Assembly: GCA_051530055.1 (NCBI GenBank) | Contig: CM121342.1 | Location: forward strand, 13,717,480 to 13,781,479 | Length of the DNA: 64,000 bases | Source of the DNA: Neoechinorhynchus agilis | Taxonomy: Eukaryota > Animalia > Acanthocephala | Direction: 5' to 3' | Part shown: positions 62,157-64,000 of the stretch, in pieces | How the letters are laid out: each line of letters begins with the position of its first letter | Position numbering within the stretch: position 1 is the stretch's first letter | Made by a program: the position numbers and the translations under genes | The notes under the pieces: generated by a model | What the model was told of the DNA's origin: nothing | The model's database searches: none | Seen by the model: the letters and a program-made list of their open reading frames with translations, nothing else

Positions 62157-62441
62157 ACTGCTAATTTTGTTTTTGGGTGCTGCCAGCAGATACAAAAACT
62201 CTATTTCTAAACTGTATATTTCTCAAATCAATAAAGTACACATAACTAGCTTGGCATTTAATGGGCTATTTATTTACTCGAAAACCAGTTATCTTTTATT
62301 TGGTAAACCTCTCCTAAAAATTTCAAAATTTAAGCCGAAACTTAAATTTCGCGGCACAAGCAAAGACTATAATCTTAAAGGTGTTAAACTCAAGAAAGTG
62401 TGCAAAAGGAAAAATAATAACGATTTGCATAGATCGTTTTT

Positions 62442-62831
62442 TTACAAATCGAGCTCAATCTGTTTCGTGATACTTTCAAGACCATGCTTAACGCTTCCCA
62501 TTTTTCCAATCAATTTATGAACTTGACTCGTTGTGTTGATTGATTGGGTACTAAAACACCGTCTCAGTATTAATTCACTTCTTAGCTCCCTCTTTTGTCT
62601 ATTCAGTATGCTCAATTTTCTTTGAAGCAACGTCATTCTTTCTTTTAGTCTCAAATCTATGAGACTACCACAATTATTGTTATCTTGGATTTCAGAAGAG
62701 TGAGATCGTCGATGTCTTGTTTCATTGCCAAGTTCGATAATCTTTCTTAAACGAGCATTTTCCTCTTCTGTTTTTGTGAGACTATCTCGAAGTTCGATCA
62801 GTTGCTGGTGAATTTCTGTTAAATTGTTCAT
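62442..62831 (-). CDS. Uncharacterised coiled-coil protein, probably the last exon of a gene with upstream exons toward ~63700
   Basis: Leu heptads (LIELRDSLTKTEEENARLRKII; LLQRKLSILNRQKRELRSEL). A pyrimidine-rich acceptor TTCCCAG lies just upstream in frame. Confidence 0.5.
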   Translation of the reverse strand: MNNLTEIHQQLIELRDSLTKTEEENARLRKIIELGNETRHRRSHSSEIQDNNNCGSLIDLRLKERMTLLQRKLSILNRQKRELRSELILRRCFSTQSINTTSQVHKLIGKMGSVKHGLESITKQIELDL

Positions 62832-63866
62832 GGCTCGATTTGTCTCATTCGATTTGCCGTTGACTGGGAAGAAGGAAAACTTTGTGAGCGATTACATATA
62901 CAAAATGCAACGCAGAGAAAGTTCAACTATGTTGTTTGCGCAAACGTTTGTACTGAAACTTTTCAATCAAAGGGGATGATAACAATGATGGAAACGATAA
63001 CCTTTAAAAGTGTATTTTCGTTAGACAAATTACAAAGATATTATCAGATAGTGGTATGAAGCTAGCACTATTGCTAACATTACATCTTTGTGTACTATCT
63101 TTAAGATTACAGCATTATCTACAAATTGACTGGTTTAGAATCGAATACTAATAATTGCTTAAGATTGTGAAAATTTCAAGTTCAAAGACTCGCGTGCGAT
63201 AATAGAAGTAAGCGATTGCTCCAATGAACTATGCGTTTTACGTTTCGTGCTACACATCCGAAGGATCTGTCTCAACTTGTTGATTGAGTCACTGAGAAAT
63301 AGGCGTGTCTTGAGTTTCTAACTGACAAACGTGTAGATTCTTCAAAAATTGTTTAATTCTCTTTTATAAAAAGCAGTTTCGTTTTGAAGGTTATTATTTC
63401 CAAGAGAAAGATTATCTCAAAATATTAGGATCCTAACGCGAACGCACTAAATTTTAATAAACGGAATGATTTTCCTAATTAAATGATGGAACCACTTGGT
63501 AGGACCGTTTTCGTGCATCAATGATCGTTCGGAAAGTACTTACTTTTATCCACTCGACCTGTAACTTTAGCTTGCTTTGTGCAGAATATCTGTCTAAACA
63601 CACGAGTTGGCATTCATCTCGGAATCGCCTGGCATACCCCATTTGCAATCTTTGCATCCACGTTCTGCAACCGCGGAGAAAGTTTTCGTGCATCAATCAC
63701 TGTTGCCATGGCAATGTAGCTTGTTGTGATCCGGGCGTGGGATAGGTTTCGTGCGTAAAACGGATGCCTCATACTCTAGGAACTCATGTTAGACGAACAA
63801 TGCAGCGGGGTTAAGTTTACCGCGAGCATTCGTCTAAGCCCTACATAAACGCACCTTGAACGTAGG

Positions 63867-64000
63867 ATGAACAAGCTCATCTCGACGATCGTAAAACAAA
63901 AGACTGCTGCATTGTCCATCTTTCAATCAGGAATCGATGCTGTCAATCCGTATCGTGTTGTGAGCGATGCTTTAGCGAAAAATTCCAAATTCACGAACCA
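63867..64000 (+). CDS. Probable glycerate kinase (GLYCTK/MOFRL family) N-terminus, runs off the window
   Basis: MNKLISTIVKQKTAALSIFQSGIDAVNPYRVVSDAL resembles the family's first helix (A..IF..(A/G)V.AV.P). Only 44 codons are visible. Confidence 0.5.
   Translation, partial: MNKLISTIVKQKTAALSIFQSGIDAVNPYRVVSDALAKNSKFTN

Overview
Eukaryotic (animal, probably invertebrate) nuclear DNA, AT-rich, with mostly 38-60 nt GT-AG introns and many retroelement and MITE insertions. There are no bacterial-type features, rRNA or CRISPR. Host genes supported by motifs: a probably catalytically dead calpain (+), a striated-type myosin II heavy chain (+), a DC-STAMP-domain (sneaky/SPE-42/DCST-type) gene (-), a head-to-head pair of basic orphan paralogs in a ~1-kb-arm palindrome, two tRNA-Asp(GTC), a tetraspanin, a GLUT/SLC2A transporter, 2-oxoglutarate dehydrogenase E1, mitochondrial RNA polymerase (-), a divergent VAP/MSP protein missed by the ORF track (-), a WAP+CCP LEV-9/Hasp-like secreted protein, a coiled-coil orphan and the start of a probable glycerate kinase. 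The most unusual signals are five. (1) Two in-frame stops sit in the POLRMT specificity loop inside a hairpin and cannot be removed by in-phase GT-AG splicing. (2) Intron-like insertions bounded by terminal inverted repeats in OGDH and GLUT look like transposon-derived introns. (3) The palindromic gene pair is homogenised over its 5' two thirds but has long-diverged C-termini. (4) The myosin and DCST stop codons share one TTAA. (5) An intronless orphan block at 34-36 kb has odd stop-codon patterns. All alignments to known proteins are from memory and by eye. Some anomalies may be assembly errors.
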